Shown here: piece by piece, positions 47,203 to 58,300 of the stretch | Layout of the letters: each line of letters opens with the position of its first letter | How positions within the stretch are numbered: the stretch's first letter is position 1 | Assembly: GCA_036004805.1 (NCBI GenBank) | Contig: DASYRB010000026.1 | Span: forward strand, 4,938 to 68,937 | Source of the DNA: Candidatus Norongarragalinales archaeon | GTDB lineage: Archaea; Micrarchaeota; Micrarchaeia; Norongarragalinales; DASYRB01 | DNA: 64,000 nt | Reading direction: 5' to 3' | Notes under the pieces: model-generated | The model's database searches: none | What the model was told of the DNA's origin: nothing | Seen by the model: only the letters and a program-made list of their open reading frames with translations | Made by a program: the position numbers and the translations under genes

Positions 47203-47778
47203 TTAGAAGTATTTCAAGTTTGTCTCTACGAGCTTCGCGAACGTTCTCGCTTGAGGCGTGGGGTCGCTGGCTACCTTGGCTCTGCCAGCGTCGGGATTAG
47301 CAGCGACGGGCGCGTAGATCTTGATGGCGAGGAAGGGTTCGCGCGACATGATGATGTATGGCAGTTGTGTGTGGATGGTGAACTTGAGGAAGTTAAGCCA
47401 GAGCCTTTCGCTCTTGCTGAGCTGGCTTTCAAGCGTGAAAAGTTCCAATTGTCTCTCGGCGAGGACGCGGTTGACCTTCGCCCTGCCTTTTTCTGGCGCG
47501 TAATTGAGGTCGAGCGATAGGTCGGGTTGCGTCGTGAGCGCGTAATCGAAACTGTAGAAGAGAACGAGGATGAGTAGTTTGAGTAGAATGATCGGAATGG
47601 CGGCGATTACGACGACCTCGATTGCTAAAATCGCGGCGTTCTCGACGACCGGCTGTTCCAGGTATAGAGCGACGAAGGCGGCCGCGGCGCCGACGAGGAA
47701 GAGCGCGATCACGAACAGGCGGTTCGAGAGGGCATTCATGAGTCCGAGGAAGCGTTTGAGATACTCTGCTGAAGCCAT
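47203..47778 (-). CDS. Hypothetical membrane protein (2 TM)
   Basis: Likely start ATG 47778, with a TATA box about 30 bp upstream. Confidence 0.7.
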   Translation of the reverse strand: MASAEYLKRFLGLMNALSNRLFVIALFLVGAAAAFVALYLEQPVVENAAILAIEVVVIAAIPIILLKLLILVLFYSFDYALTTQPDLSLDLNYAPEKGRAKVNRVLAERQLELFTLESQLSKSERLWLNFLKFTIHTQLPYIIMSREPFLAIKIYAPVAANPDAGRAKVASDPTPQARTFAKLVETNLKYF

Positions 47779-47808
47779 GGTGGGTTGAACCAGTTTCGAG
47801 GACTGAAC

Positions 47809-47814
47809 TTTAAA
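47809..47814. promoter_or_regulatory. Palindromic TATA box between the 47778 gene and tRNA-Gln
   Basis: About 30 bp from both the ATG and the tRNA 5' end. Confidence 0.6.
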
Positions 47815-47842
47815 ATGCCTCTCTCGCCACAATTATAGTGAT

Positions 47843-47952
47843 AGCCCCGTCGTCTAGAATGCAGTATCGAGAATTTTTGATGCTGTGTGGACTATGGACA
47901 AGGACGCCAGGCTTTGAACCTGAAAACGGCAGTTCGAATCTGCCCGGGGCTA
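47843..47952 (+). tRNA. tRNA-Gln(UUG) with a 35-nt D-loop intron (about 47859-47893)
   Basis: Acceptor AGCCCCG/CGGGGCT-A (A1-U72), anticodon arm CAGG-CTTTGAA-CCTG, T arm GGCAG-TTCGAAT-CTGCC; BHB motif around the insert; CCA not encoded. Confidence 0.92.
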
Positions 47953-48019
47953 TCCCGTTTAAATTACCCCTGCGACCCAATAATTTCACTAATTTCCACT
48001 CTAAAGGTGCATGATTTTT

Positions 48020-48241
48020 ATGGGAAGAACTAAAGGAGTCCACATTCACTCGACCGCCAAAGCGCTAGTCAAAAAAGCGCCACAAATCTTTGGCACTACT
48101 TTCGACAAGAACAAAGACTCCCTCCGCAAACTCGGTCTTTTGAAGGAAGGAAAGGAAGAACGCAACAAGCTAGCCGGCGAAGTCACCGTATTGATGAAGA
48201 AGAGACAGCGCGAAATCGAAGCCGAAGCCGCCCGCGGATAA
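48020..48241 (+). CDS. rps17e: 30S ribosomal protein S17e
   Basis: MGRTK...F.TTFDKNK...RNKLAGEVT pattern. Confidence 0.9.
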   Translation: MGRTKGVHIHSTAKALVKKAPQIFGTTFDKNKDSLRKLGLLKEGKEERNKLAGEVTVLMKKRQREIEAEAARG

Positions 48242-48244
48242 GCC

Positions 48245-48628
48245 ATGAGAGTGGCGATCAATGCAGCGATCATTCACGATGGAAGAATTCTTTTAGTCCG
48301 GAAAAAACAGATTTGGATACTTCCCGGCGGGAAGCCTGAACCGAACGAATCGGATTTTGACAGTTTACGTAGGGAAGTAAGGGAAGAACTTTCTGGAACT
48401 GAATTGGAAAACTTCAGGTTTTACCGAGAATTCGAGGGAATAACCCCTCATAAACAAGATCTGCTAAAGGCAAGAGTTTATTTCGCGGACATAAGCGGGC
48501 AACTTGGCCGACCTTCTGGAGAAATCGATGACAGTGATTGGATTGCACACTTGGGTGAACAATCTCTTTCTAACATTACTTCCAAGATCGTGGATTCTCT
48601 TGCAAGAGACGGATATCTGCGACGCTGA
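48245..48628 (+). CDS. NUDIX hydrolase
   Basis: Nudix box GGKPEPNESDFDSLRREVREEL. Confidence 0.9.
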   Translation: MRVAINAAIIHDGRILLVRKKQIWILPGGKPEPNESDFDSLRREVREELSGTELENFRFYREFEGITPHKQDLLKARVYFADISGQLGRPSGEIDDSDWIAHLGEQSLSNITSKIVDSLARDGYLRR

Positions 48629-48661
48629 TTAGTATTGTCGCGCGCGGATAAAAAGTTCTTT

Positions 48662-49021
48662 TTAGCGTTTTAGTTTTCGCAGCAGGCTTATTGCCCTTTC
48701 CATTTTTCTACCGGCCATGAAGCCCTTTTCTTTTGCGAGTGCTTTTTCTAGTGCTGGCAACGCGCTTGGATCACCAATATCTCCTAGTGCGTGGGCTGCT
48801 ATCATGCGAACATACGTATCTTTGTGTCCGAGGGCTTGTGCTGCGTGAGGAACGGCGCTTGGACCGATTCTAACAAAAGCTTGTCCTGCTATCGTACGAA
48901 CCTCCGGGTCACGATCGCCTTCTAGTACTTGGCGAACAAATGCAGGATTGCGCATTTTTTGCAAATGCTTGGATATCACGCTAGGGTGCGCGGTTTTCAT
49001 GAATCTTTCGATTTTTGACAT
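48662..49021 (-). CDS. HEAT-repeat protein
   Basis: DPEVRTIAGQAFVRIG and DTYVRMIAAHALGDIGDPSALPALEKAL. Confidence 0.82.
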   Translation of the reverse strand: MSKIERFMKTAHPSVISKHLQKMRNPAFVRQVLEGDRDPEVRTIAGQAFVRIGPSAVPHAAQALGHKDTYVRMIAAHALGDIGDPSALPALEKALAKEKGFMAGRKMERAISLLRKLKR

Positions 49022-49023
49022 TT

Positions 49024-50499
49024 TCAATATTGCCTCGCTATGTAAACAGTCTGCTTAGCAGGCTTGCCACAAACAACACACTTCGCGTTTGATGAGGGTT
49101 TTTCGTTCATTCCAAAACGCGTTCCTCTGACTTTGCCGCCTTTCGTGAAGGTTTGCAGCTCTTCAGCACATTTTGCTCCATCATCGTCGGTTGAGTGGAA
49201 TGGCGCTCGAGCGACTCCCTTCTTTTCTAGAATTTTCAACACTTCTTGTTTCGTGTCGGCATCTTCGATGCGTTTCGAAAGGTCATTTTGCGTTTTTTCC
49301 TTCATCGAGTCAAGCATTTCCGCGGAGAGCTTTGTGAGTGCGCCGACGATTTGCGCCTGTGGAATGGTAAGGCGAGTTCCCGTGTCTCTGCGGGCGAGCG
49401 TGACGTTGTTTTCCTTGACTTCCTTCGCGCCAATCTCGACGCGCGCGGGCGTGCCGATCAACTCCCATTTGGAATACTTGTATCCTGGCGTCTTGTCGCT
49501 GTCGTCGAGCGCAGCACGGAAACCAGCGCGCTTCAATACCGCGAACAGGCTTTTGGCTGTGTCAAGAATTTTCGCGTTCTCCGGCGCTCCTGTCTTCATG
49601 ATCGGCACGATCACGACTTGAGTCGGCGCGATGCTCATGGGCCACAAGAGTCCCTTGTTGTCGCCGTGCACGCCGATGAGCGCGCCCATCATTCGCCAAG
49701 TGCCCGGACCGTAACACGTTTGCCATGCGAACTGGTCCTTTCCGTTTTCGTCTTGGAACTTGACGCCGAACGCTTTCGCGAATCGTTGTCCAAGCATGTG
49801 TGTCGTGGCGATTTGCAGCGCTTTGCCATCGGGAAGGATTACGTCTGCGCCGTAAGTGTCATCCGCTCCTGGAAACTTGTCCCACTGCGGCCTCTTGATT
49901 GCAAGAAGGGCAAGACCGAGCTGGTCTGTGAGGACTTTGTGTGTGATGGCCATGTCTTCCTCGATTTGTCGCGCAGCGTGATCTTTTGAATCAAAAACGT
50001 CGTGTGCTTCGATCCAACTGAATTCACGGCCGCGTAGGAACGGATTGGTTTCGCTTTCGTTGCGGTAAACGTTGCATGACTGGTAGAGCTTCAGGGGCAG
50101 TTGTGATTTGCTCTGTATCCATAGCGAGTACATCTGGTACATTGCCGTTTCGCTGGTTGGTCGCAGTGCTAAGCGTCGAGCGAGTTTTTCGTTGCCGGCG
50201 TGCGTGACCCAGAACACTTCCAGCTTGAAGCCTTGTGCGTGTTCTTTTTCTTTCTCAAAGTTTTCTTCTGGAATTACGACTGGAAACATTACTGGTGAGT
50301 GTCCTTTGTCTTCGAGTTCGCGTTCGATCATTTCCGTGACTTTGCGTAACGGGATGGCGGCGTTGGGTTTGTGGACGATGAAGCCTTGCACGTTGTAGCG
50401 GTTGTCGACGAGGTCGGCGGCGTAGAGGATGGTGTTGTACCATTCGCTGTAGTCCTTGTTTTTGTCTTTGTCGAACTCGCGTGAAGCCATCATTGCCAT
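49024..50499 (-). CDS. proS: Proline--tRNA ligase, archaeal/eukaryotic type
   Basis: YSEWY, LRPTSET, FLRGREF, HGDNKGL, C-terminal ARQY. Confidence 0.97.
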   Translation of the reverse strand: MAMMASREFDKDKNKDYSEWYNTILYAADLVDNRYNVQGFIVHKPNAAIPLRKVTEMIERELEDKGHSPVMFPVVIPEENFEKEKEHAQGFKLEVFWVTHAGNEKLARRLALRPTSETAMYQMYSLWIQSKSQLPLKLYQSCNVYRNESETNPFLRGREFSWIEAHDVFDSKDHAARQIEEDMAITHKVLTDQLGLALLAIKRPQWDKFPGADDTYGADVILPDGKALQIATTHMLGQRFAKAFGVKFQDENGKDQFAWQTCYGPGTWRMMGALIGVHGDNKGLLWPMSIAPTQVVIVPIMKTGAPENAKILDTAKSLFAVLKRAGFRAALDDSDKTPGYKYSKWELIGTPARVEIGAKEVKENNVTLARRDTGTRLTIPQAQIVGALTKLSAEMLDSMKEKTQNDLSKRIEDADTKQEVLKILEKKGVARAPFHSTDDDGAKCAEELQTFTKGGKVRGTRFGMNEKPSSNAKCVVCGKPAKQTVYIARQY

Positions 50500-50556
50500 T
50501 AGTGTTGTTTTCAGCTCGTTGTCTTTAGGGAAATGTTAAGGTGTTTTGGTGGTTTT

Positions 50557-53500
50557 TTAGGCTGTGTCTTTCTCGTTTTTGCGTTTGCGTTTCTTTTTGC
50601 CCGGGAACAATGCGAGGATGAGTGCGTATCCTAGCGCGATAATTATAGTGATGATGAAAAGTGTTATTGTGAGCTCGCCGGCTGCGAGTTGCGTTTCTCC
50701 CGGCACGCATATTTCTTGTTCCTTGATGAGCGTGCGTTGCAGTCCTTTCCTCTCGAAGAATTTCGCGTTGTAGCATCCTGGCTTGAGGAGTTTGAGAGTG
50801 GCGCGGTACGTTTCGCCGCCGCCGAACACGTTCGCGTAGACGAGGGCGTTTTGTTTGTATATTTCGAACTCTCCCGAAGCCGCGGGGTCGAGTATCGTTA
50901 TCGTGAAGGTGACTTCGTCGCCTGGCTTGAGTTTTTCGGGTGCGTCGATGCAAACGAAGCTCGTTCCAGGCGCTGGGCTGATCGTGCGTGTGGATACGAG
51001 TGGCGAGCCTTCGAATGGTCCGTCGACGTGCGTGAGGATGCGCAGTGTAGTGTATGGGTCGATGGGCTTGATGAAGAACGTGACTGTGACTCGTTGTCCG
51101 GGTGGTATGGGTTGCACGGGTAGTGTTTGGCTGTTCATGGTGACGGTGATTCCTGTGAGGTATTCGTCGCCCGTGTTTTCCAGGAGTACGGGTATTGCGA
51201 AAGAGTCGCACGTGGTGAACGTGTTGGGCGCGAGCACTAGCATTGATAGGTGTGGTCCGGCGATCACGCTCGGCGGTTGTGGTGTGGTGGTCGGCGAGGG
51301 TTGTGGCGTTGGTGCGGGTTGTTTCTGCACTATCACGACCTGCACTTCTTCAGGCATGACTGTTGGCGTGGGTGTGGGGTATGGTGTGGGCGTGTATTGC
51401 GTGCCTGGTGGTCCTCCTCCTGGTTGTGGTTGTGCGGCTTGTCCGAGTGCCCAGCTTGAGAAGTTTGTAACCATGAATGTGTATTCTGGCGGGTTGAGGT
51501 TTGAGTAGGAAGGCGTGTAGATTGTTCCTGTGCTTAACACCAGCGCGCGGGACGTGGTGAATGTTGATAGCGTGTATACGTTGCCTGCAGTGAATGAAAG
51601 TGAGTAGAAGGTGATGTTGGTGGCGGTGTTGAAGAGCTCGTTCATGCTTGCATCAAGTGCAGCAATCCAAGCTCCTTGGAACAGGTTGGTAGAGTTGAGG
51701 AAGTTGTTGCTTGCGTTGTTGAGGTTTATGCTTGCGAATTGTACGGAGCCGTTTCCGGAGACGTAGTTTGTAAAGTTGGTCAGGTTTGAGTTGAGCACGT
51801 TGGTCGTGTTCATCACTGCGAGAGAGTCGATGATTTTCGTGTTCGAGATTGAAGCGTTTTTGATGGTTTTGAGGAATATGGCGATGTTCGTGGCGTTTCT
51901 GATCGTGTTGTTTTCGAGTGTTGTGCGGTTAGAGTTTTGTATGTTGATCGCGATGGTCGCGTTGGTGATGGTGTTGTTCGAGAAAGTGAAGTCTTGTTGC
52001 GTGTCTGTCCACAAGCCGCTGGCGCAGTTGTTCAGGTTGTTGTCGTGTATTTTTACTCGCGACATGGCTGGTCCGCTAGCAACTTCATTGCCTATGGAGA
52101 AGCAGTCGGTAAAGTTGGATAGTGTTATGTTGTTGTTGGCGACTTCTAGGTCTTGAAGAGTTACGGAATAGGCAAAAATGCCTATGCCCCAGGGCGAATA
52201 ACTGTTGCCGTAGTTGTTGTTGGGCCACTTGAATGGCAGTACGGTGTTGTTCGATATTGTCAAGTTTGTTAGAGTGCCGCTGCCCAAGTCTAGGAACTCG
52301 ATTCCGTACGTGCCGTACTCTGCAATGTTGTTTTGCACGGTGACGTTGCTCGCACTGTGCTCTAGTTGTATTGCGCCGCCAAGCCGGTCGTAACCAGTGT
52401 CGTTGATGTAGTTCGAAGTTACGTTCACGAGAGAGCTGCGCGTGACGAAGATGCCGTTACTCCAGCTATTGCGTATGGTGTTGTTATTGGCGGTCACGTT
52501 TTGGGTGCCGCGGACCTCGATGTTTGCAGTGTTTCCGGTAGTAGAGTTGAACATTGTCGAGTGCGCAATGACGGAGTTGTTCGTGCTGCTTAGATAGACT
52601 CTTCCTGAAGAGCTGAAGTTCGAGTTGTAAACATAGAGCCAGTTTGATTGCGTGGCGTTGATCGCCATGCTTGAAGAGTTGACAATACTTGCGCCAGTGA
52701 TTACGGTGTTGTTTGAGAGATAGACTTGTATCCCTTGATACGTGCCAGTAATGTTTGCATTGTTTACTGTTGTATAGTTCGATGAGTAGATGTAAATTCC
52801 ATAGTTAGTTTGGTTGCCGTTGCCGCGCACCATGTTGTTCGTGACTGTAGTGCCTATTGCGGTTTCGATGTCGATGCCCCAGTTGTCAGTCGAGCCAAAC
52901 GTAGTGATGTTGTTGTTCGTGGCGGTGTTGTTGTTTCCTGGAGTTCCAAAAATGGATATTCCGATGTTGAATACGGTCGTGCCGCGCGCAGTGATGTTGT
53001 TGTTGTTGACAGTGTTGTTGTTGCCCGTTACGAGCAGTCCGTAGTTGTTGTCCGTGCCGTTAGTGATTATTTGGTTTCCAGTTATCGTGTTGTTTGACGT
53101 GGAGGTTTTGAGTTCGATGCCTGTGTTGAAGTTGCCAGTTGCTCGAGAAATCGTGATGTTGTTTTGTGTGACTGTGTTGTTGTTGGAGTTGTCTTCGATT
53201 TTTACGCCGTCGTTGAGATTTACGCCATTGGTGGTGATGTTGTTTCCAATTATTGTGTTGTTGGAGTTGCGTGAGAAGAGAAAGATGCCGAAGTTGTTGT
53301 CGCCAGTTCCAGTGGCGATGATGGTGTTGTTTTCGATGCGATTTCTGCAAGAACCCCCGCTCAGAATTATTCCGTATGAGTCTGTCGAACCATTTGTGCG
53401 AATCGTGTTGTTGTAGATGTAAGAGTCGTTGGCATTGCTGAAGTTGATGCTGTTCGTAAACGCAAAGCTCGTAGAGTTTTTCGTGAATAGACAGTTCTTG

Positions 53501-53775
53501 ACTGTGATGTTGTTGAAGCCGGTGTTTCCTACTCCGAACTTGTTTGCTGCGCCGTATCCGTAAGTAATGTTCCAGCCTGCGCAGTCGATGACTATGTTGT
53601 TGGCATTTATCGTGAGACAGGTGCCACTGCTAACGATTGAAGTGTTGAGGAGGTACGTTTCGCTTGTAGAATTGAGCGTAGTGCAGTCTGTGACGTTTGT
53701 GTAAGCGTTCGCGTTGCTAGTGAGAAAGAGCAGGCCAGCTACTAGTATGATTGGGAATAGCGCGCTTCGTTTCAT
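50557..53775 (-). CDS. Surface protein with long beta-helix (NosD/PbH1), PT linker, CARDB-like domain and C-terminal TM
   Basis: Signal peptide, about 26-aa NNTIxxNxIxTxGxxxNxGI repeats, P/T linker, LENTGD, TM followed by KKKRKRK. Confidence 0.88.
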   Translation of the reverse strand: MKRSALFPIILVAGLLFLTSNANAYTNVTDCTTLNSTSETYLLNTSIVSSGTCLTINANNIVIDCAGWNITYGYGAANKFGVGNTGFNNITVKNCLFTKNSTSFAFTNSINFSNANDSYIYNNTIRTNGSTDSYGIILSGGSCRNRIENNTIIATGTGDNNFGIFLFSRNSNNTIIGNNITTNGVNLNDGVKIEDNSNNNTVTQNNITISRATGNFNTGIELKTSTSNNTITGNQIITNGTDNNYGLLVTGNNNTVNNNNITARGTTVFNIGISIFGTPGNNNTATNNNITTFGSTDNWGIDIETAIGTTVTNNMVRGNGNQTNYGIYIYSSNYTTVNNANITGTYQGIQVYLSNNTVITGASIVNSSSMAINATQSNWLYVYNSNFSSSGRVYLSSTNNSVIAHSTMFNSTTGNTANIEVRGTQNVTANNNTIRNSWSNGIFVTRSSLVNVTSNYINDTGYDRLGGAIQLEHSASNVTVQNNIAEYGTYGIEFLDLGSGTLTNLTISNNTVLPFKWPNNNYGNSYSPWGIGIFAYSVTLQDLEVANNNITLSNFTDCFSIGNEVASGPAMSRVKIHDNNLNNCASGLWTDTQQDFTFSNNTITNATIAINIQNSNRTTLENNTIRNATNIAIFLKTIKNASISNTKIIDSLAVMNTTNVLNSNLTNFTNYVSGNGSVQFASINLNNASNNFLNSTNLFQGAWIAALDASMNELFNTATNITFYSLSFTAGNVYTLSTFTTSRALVLSTGTIYTPSYSNLNPPEYTFMVTNFSSWALGQAAQPQPGGGPPGTQYTPTPYPTPTPTVMPEEVQVVIVQKQPAPTPQPSPTTTPQPPSVIAGPHLSMLVLAPNTFTTCDSFAIPVLLENTGDEYLTGITVTMNSQTLPVQPIPPGQRVTVTFFIKPIDPYTTLRILTHVDGPFEGSPLVSTRTISPAPGTSFVCIDAPEKLKPGDEVTFTITILDPAASGEFEIYKQNALVYANVFGGGETYRATLKLLKPGCYNAKFFERKGLQRTLIKEQEICVPGETQLAAGELTITLFIITIIIALGYALILALFPGKKKRKRKNEKDTA

Positions 53776-53859
53776 TAGCGCAAAAACTGCGTACTAGGAG
53801 CTTAAAAAACTGCAGAATACGGCGTAAAAAATGGGAAAACCAGAAAAAGAGGGGGAGTT

Positions 53860-55287
53860 TTAGTCTTTCTTCTTGCTGCGTAGCGCTTTGCGTTCGTCGG
53901 CGAGCTTGTCTTCGAGCGCTTCGCGTTGCGCTTCCAGCTCGGCGATCTTCGCTTTGCGCGCGTCCTTCGCGGCTTGCTTAGCGGCCTTCTCGTCGACTAC
54001 TGGCGCTTGCACTTCTACGGCTCCTTTGCGTGAGAGGTAGTACGCGCTGGCGATCGCGAGAATGATGGCGATGGCGAGTCCTGCGAGTAGTGGCGTGTTG
54101 CTTGCGGTGAAGAATCCTGCGAATCCGCTAGCGTTCCTGGTCGCGTTGCCGGTCGTGTTGCGCGTGCCGTTCGCTACGGGCAGTACGCCGCCGCGAGTGA
54201 ATATTTTCGTGACGGGCTGGTTTATTGCGCGTCCTGGGACGTCGAACTTGTACAGTCCTGCGGTTTCCGCTACGAAGCGCACTTGTCCCTGCTCGTCAGA
54301 CGGCAGTTGGAATACGCGGTCGTCTGGGAACTTGACGTTCAATCCTATTCCCTTGACTGGCTGTTTGGTTTGCGCGTCGACGATCGTGACCGTGATGAAG
54401 TCTCCTTGCGTGCCGCGTTCTGGCGCGCGGATCTCTACAGGGCTTCCTTGAGCGACGGGCGTTGGTGATGGTGCTGGTCCGCCTCCCGTGTTGCCTTCAG
54501 CGATGCAGATGTTGTTGCGGAAGTCGCAGTAGTATCCAGTGCCGCATACCGGATTGGCGTACAAACATCCTTGCGCGCTGCCACCAGGGCTGCCGCCTCC
54601 GCTTCCAGGGTTACCGCCGCTTCCAGGTGGTGAAGGCGTTGGCGTCGGTGAAGGAGTCGGCGTTGGGGTTGGCGAGGGCGTGACGCTAGCGTTGCTCGTG
54701 AGCGCGAAGTCGGCTTGCGTAGAGCTGCCGGCGACAATCACGACGCCGGTGCGCATTTGTGAATTGTATCCAGCAGCGCTTGCGGTAACTGTGAGCGTGC
54801 TTGGGTTCGGGCTGAACACGTAAGCTCCTGAAGCGTTCGTGAATCCGCTCGCTCCATTGCTCAATGCCACGAGTGCGCCACTGATCGGCGCGCCGCTGGT
54901 CGCGTTGGTAACGACGCCCCACAACACTGCCGGAGCAGGGTTGGGTTGCATCGTGAAGTTGAAGTATGCAGGGTTGAAGTTGAACACTGAGGTGTTCGTG
55001 ACTTGTCTCTGCGTGTCGTTCGTGTAGTCGTAGACGTGCGTGAAGTAAGACGCGTTTGTGAAAGTAATCGTGTAGTTTCCATCGGCAAGCCCGGTGGCGT
55101 TGAAGAATCCGCTCGCGTTGCTCGTGGTGTTGAACAATGCGCCGGTGCCGCTGTTTTGGAATACGACGTTCGCGACGATTCCTTGCGCGTTGTTGCTGTC
55201 GACGACGTATCCGCTCCATGATCCAGCATCCGCTAGAGGAGCGAGCGCGAAGAGCGCGACGAAAACTGCGAGGATTTTTTGATTCAT
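53860..55287 (-). CDS. Surface protein with carboxypeptidase-regulatory-like domains, PT linker, TM and cytoplasmic coiled coil
   Basis: Signal peptide; GVVTNATSGAPISGALV; (PT/PS)n; Cys motif; TM LLAGLAIAIILAIASAYYL; charged tail. Confidence 0.88.
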   Translation of the reverse strand: MNQKILAVFVALFALAPLADAGSWSGYVVDSNNAQGIVANVVFQNSGTGALFNTTSNASGFFNATGLADGNYTITFTNASYFTHVYDYTNDTQRQVTNTSVFNFNPAYFNFTMQPNPAPAVLWGVVTNATSGAPISGALVALSNGASGFTNASGAYVFSPNPSTLTVTASAAGYNSQMRTGVVIVAGSSTQADFALTSNASVTPSPTPTPTPSPTPTPSPPGSGGNPGSGGGSPGGSAQGCLYANPVCGTGYYCDFRNNICIAEGNTGGGPAPSPTPVAQGSPVEIRAPERGTQGDFITVTIVDAQTKQPVKGIGLNVKFPDDRVFQLPSDEQGQVRFVAETAGLYKFDVPGRAINQPVTKIFTRGGVLPVANGTRNTTGNATRNASGFAGFFTASNTPLLAGLAIAIILAIASAYYLSRKGAVEVQAPVVDEKAAKQAAKDARKAKIAELEAQREALEDKLADERKALRSKKKD

Positions 55288-55305
55288 TTTGAGTGTGACA
55301 CCGTT

Positions 55306-58300
55306 TTACATGCCGAAGTTTACGATCGTGACTTGTCCCGCTTGGAGCAAGTTGTTGTAGATGCTCACGCTGCCGTAACCCGTCGCGGTGGCGGTCAAGT
55401 TGTACGTGCCTGGTGCGAGGTCGTTGAGCCAGTAGACTCCGCTTCCGTTCGTGGTGTTGCTGGCGATGAGCGTGCCGCTTTGGAACGCTTGCACGAGCGC
55501 GCCGCTGAGCATCGTGCCGTTTACCGCGTCAATCACGGTTCCAGAGAACGCGCCGGCGCGTCCGAGCGCGAAGTTCAGCATCAAAGATTGGTTCGCGTTA
55601 ATGACGATTGGCGATGCGGTTTGCGTGACGTATCCCGCGTTGCTCGCGCTTACGCTGTAAGTTCCTGCAGGAAGCGTGATGTTGTAGAATCCGCTCGCGT
55701 TAGTGAGCGCGCTGTAATTGTATCCAACGATCTGTACGAGCGCGCCGTTGAGCGGTCCGCCCGAGCTGTTCGTTACGAATCCGTAAAGGTTTCCAGTGGC
55801 GTTGCTCGCTGGAGCGCCGACGGTAATGTTGAATGAAGTCGCGTTGCTGGCTCCCAGCGCGTCAGTGACAATCATGGTTGCGGTGTAGACTCCCGTCGCG
55901 GTGTAAGCGTGCGTAACGACCGCGTTCGTGGTCAAGCTGGTCGTGTTGGTCGCGTCGCCGTAGAACCATTGGTATGAAAGTGGCGTGTTGTTGTCAGGGT
56001 CGTACGAGGCGCTCGCGTTGAGCGTCACTATTTGTCCAACTACTGGCGTGTAGTTGTCCGCGGTCGCGTAAGCGACTGGCGGAATGTTGCTGACGTTCGC
56101 GCTTGCGCTCGTGTTGACCGTAAAGGTAACAGTGTCAGTGCCAACGTTTCCTGCAGCGTCGCTCGCGAAAGCGTTCAACGTGTAGGTTCCATTAGATGGA
56201 ACAGTAATGTTCGTGATTCCTGCGAAAGTCTGGTTCGTGCCGTTCCAGTTGAACCACGTGCTCGTAACCGCGACGTTGTCGGTCGCGAAAATGTCTACCG
56301 GGATCGTGGTGACGTTGTATGTCGCGTTCAACGGGCTGAGAATGATCACGGTAGGTGCGACGGTGTCGATGAAAGGCGTGCTCACGTTGATGAGCAGAGT
56401 CGTGCTGTTGCTGGCGGTGCCGTTGTCCGTAACGGTGAGCGTTGCGGTGTACAATCCACCGATGCTGTAAGAGTGGTTCGCAGTTACTCCCGTAGCGTTG
56501 CTGGCGTCGCCGAAGTCCCAGAAGTAACTCACGATGAAGCCGTCAGGGTCGTAAGACGCGCTAGCATTGAAAGTAATGAGTTGTCCGGTGACGGGCGTGC
56601 TGTTGTCGACGCTCGCGTAAGCAACCGGAGGCACGTTTACCGTCGCGTTGCTGAGCACGGTGAAAGTTACTGGAGCTGCGGTTCCGACGTTTCCGCTCGT
56701 GTCGTTCGCCCAGGCGTTGATAGTGTAAGTGCCCGGTCCTGGAACGACGAAGCTGGTCGGTCCGACGAATGACAAGTTTCCACCAAGAACGTTGTACCAG
56801 ACGCTAGCGACCGCGACGTTGTCGACCGCGTTGATGTCAACAGGAATCGTGGTCGTGTTGTAAGTAATGTTCATTGGCTGAACGATCGTGACGTTGGGCG
56901 CGATCGTGTCGTTCGTGGGCGTGGTGACGTTGATGAAAGTGGTGTTGCTCAATCCGCTGTAGAAACCGTTCAAGTTTCCAGTGCCCGCGGCGGTAGCGTT
57001 GAACAAGCAGTCATAATTGTATGAAGCTCCCGTGAAGACGCAAGCGTAGAAACCGATCGCGTTCGTTAGCACCATTCCCGGCGTGCTCGTGAAAGTGAGC
57101 GGGTTGCCTGCAGCGTCGAAAACGTTCCAGCGAATCAAGCTGTTCAAAGTTCCAACTGTAGTGTTGAGCAATACTGGGTTGACGGTCAAGAGCGCGGGTC
57201 CGCCGAGCGCGACAGTAACACCAGTCGTGTTCGTAAAGCTTCCAGAAACTGCAGTGATGGTCGCGTTTCCGATAGTGTTCGCGGTAAAGTTGGTGTTCTG
57301 CGTGTTTTGTGCAGGAACAAAGTTTCCGAGAGTTGGAGCGATGGTCCAGTTGGCGTTGACAGCGACGGCAGTGCCGTTCGTGTCGTAACCAGTGACAGTG
57401 TATTGCGTGACGCTGTTGTTGAGCACGACCAAGTTCTTCGGCGTGATGTCGATGTATGAAAGTGGGAATGCAGTGACCGTGACGGTAGCGTTTGCGCTTA
57501 GAGATCCCGCGTTAGCGACTAGCGTAGTCGTTCCAGGCGCGAGTGCAGTGAACAATCCACCGCTCGAAACAACTCCAACGGTCGTGTTGACGACGCTCCA
57601 TGCAGGAATCACGACGACAGGGTTGTTGTATTGGTCGAACGCGATAACGTTGAATTGGTAGTTTCCGCCGAGAGGCAAAGTCGCGACGCTCGGCACGACG
57701 TACATTTGCGTCGCAGCTCCCGGAAGCACTTGAATCACAGTAGTGTTCGTTACGGTTCCGCTCGTTGCGGTGATCGTAGCGTTTCCGGCGAGCGTGCTGT
57801 TGAAAATGGTGCTCGCGATTCCGCCGACAGTGTTGGCAGAGAGCGGGTTGACGATTCCAATGCTCGTGCTGAACGAGACGAGGGTTCCGTCAACGACCGG
57901 GTTGTTGAGAATGTCGAAAACGTTGGCGTCGACGCGCGCGCTCTGTCCCGCAGTGATCGTGGTCGCGTTCGGATAAAGGTAAAGCGTGTATGGGCTGCCG
58001 AGAGTGCCGTTAGCGACGTTCAAGAAAGTGCTCCCGTTAACGGTCAAATAGCTCGCTTGGATCGTGGCGGTTCCAGGATTGCCTGCGGTAGCGAGTCCAG
58101 CCGGCGAAGTGATGGTTGCGATGCTCGGGTTGCTCGTGCTCCACGCAGGGTTGTAAATCGGGAACAAGTATCCGCCAGCGTCGCGACCGATCGCAGTGTA
58201 TTGAATAGTGTCGTTTTGGTAAACAGTAAGGTTCGCAGGAACTACTTGAACGCTGACGAGCTGGCGAGGCGCAACGAGTGGCGTGTGAGATTGTCCACCG

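Noticed and set aside
51500..53700. DGR template (AAC-rich tracts)
   Set aside because: The AAC runs are Asn codons of beta-helix repeats; no TR/VR pair or reverse transcriptase was seen.
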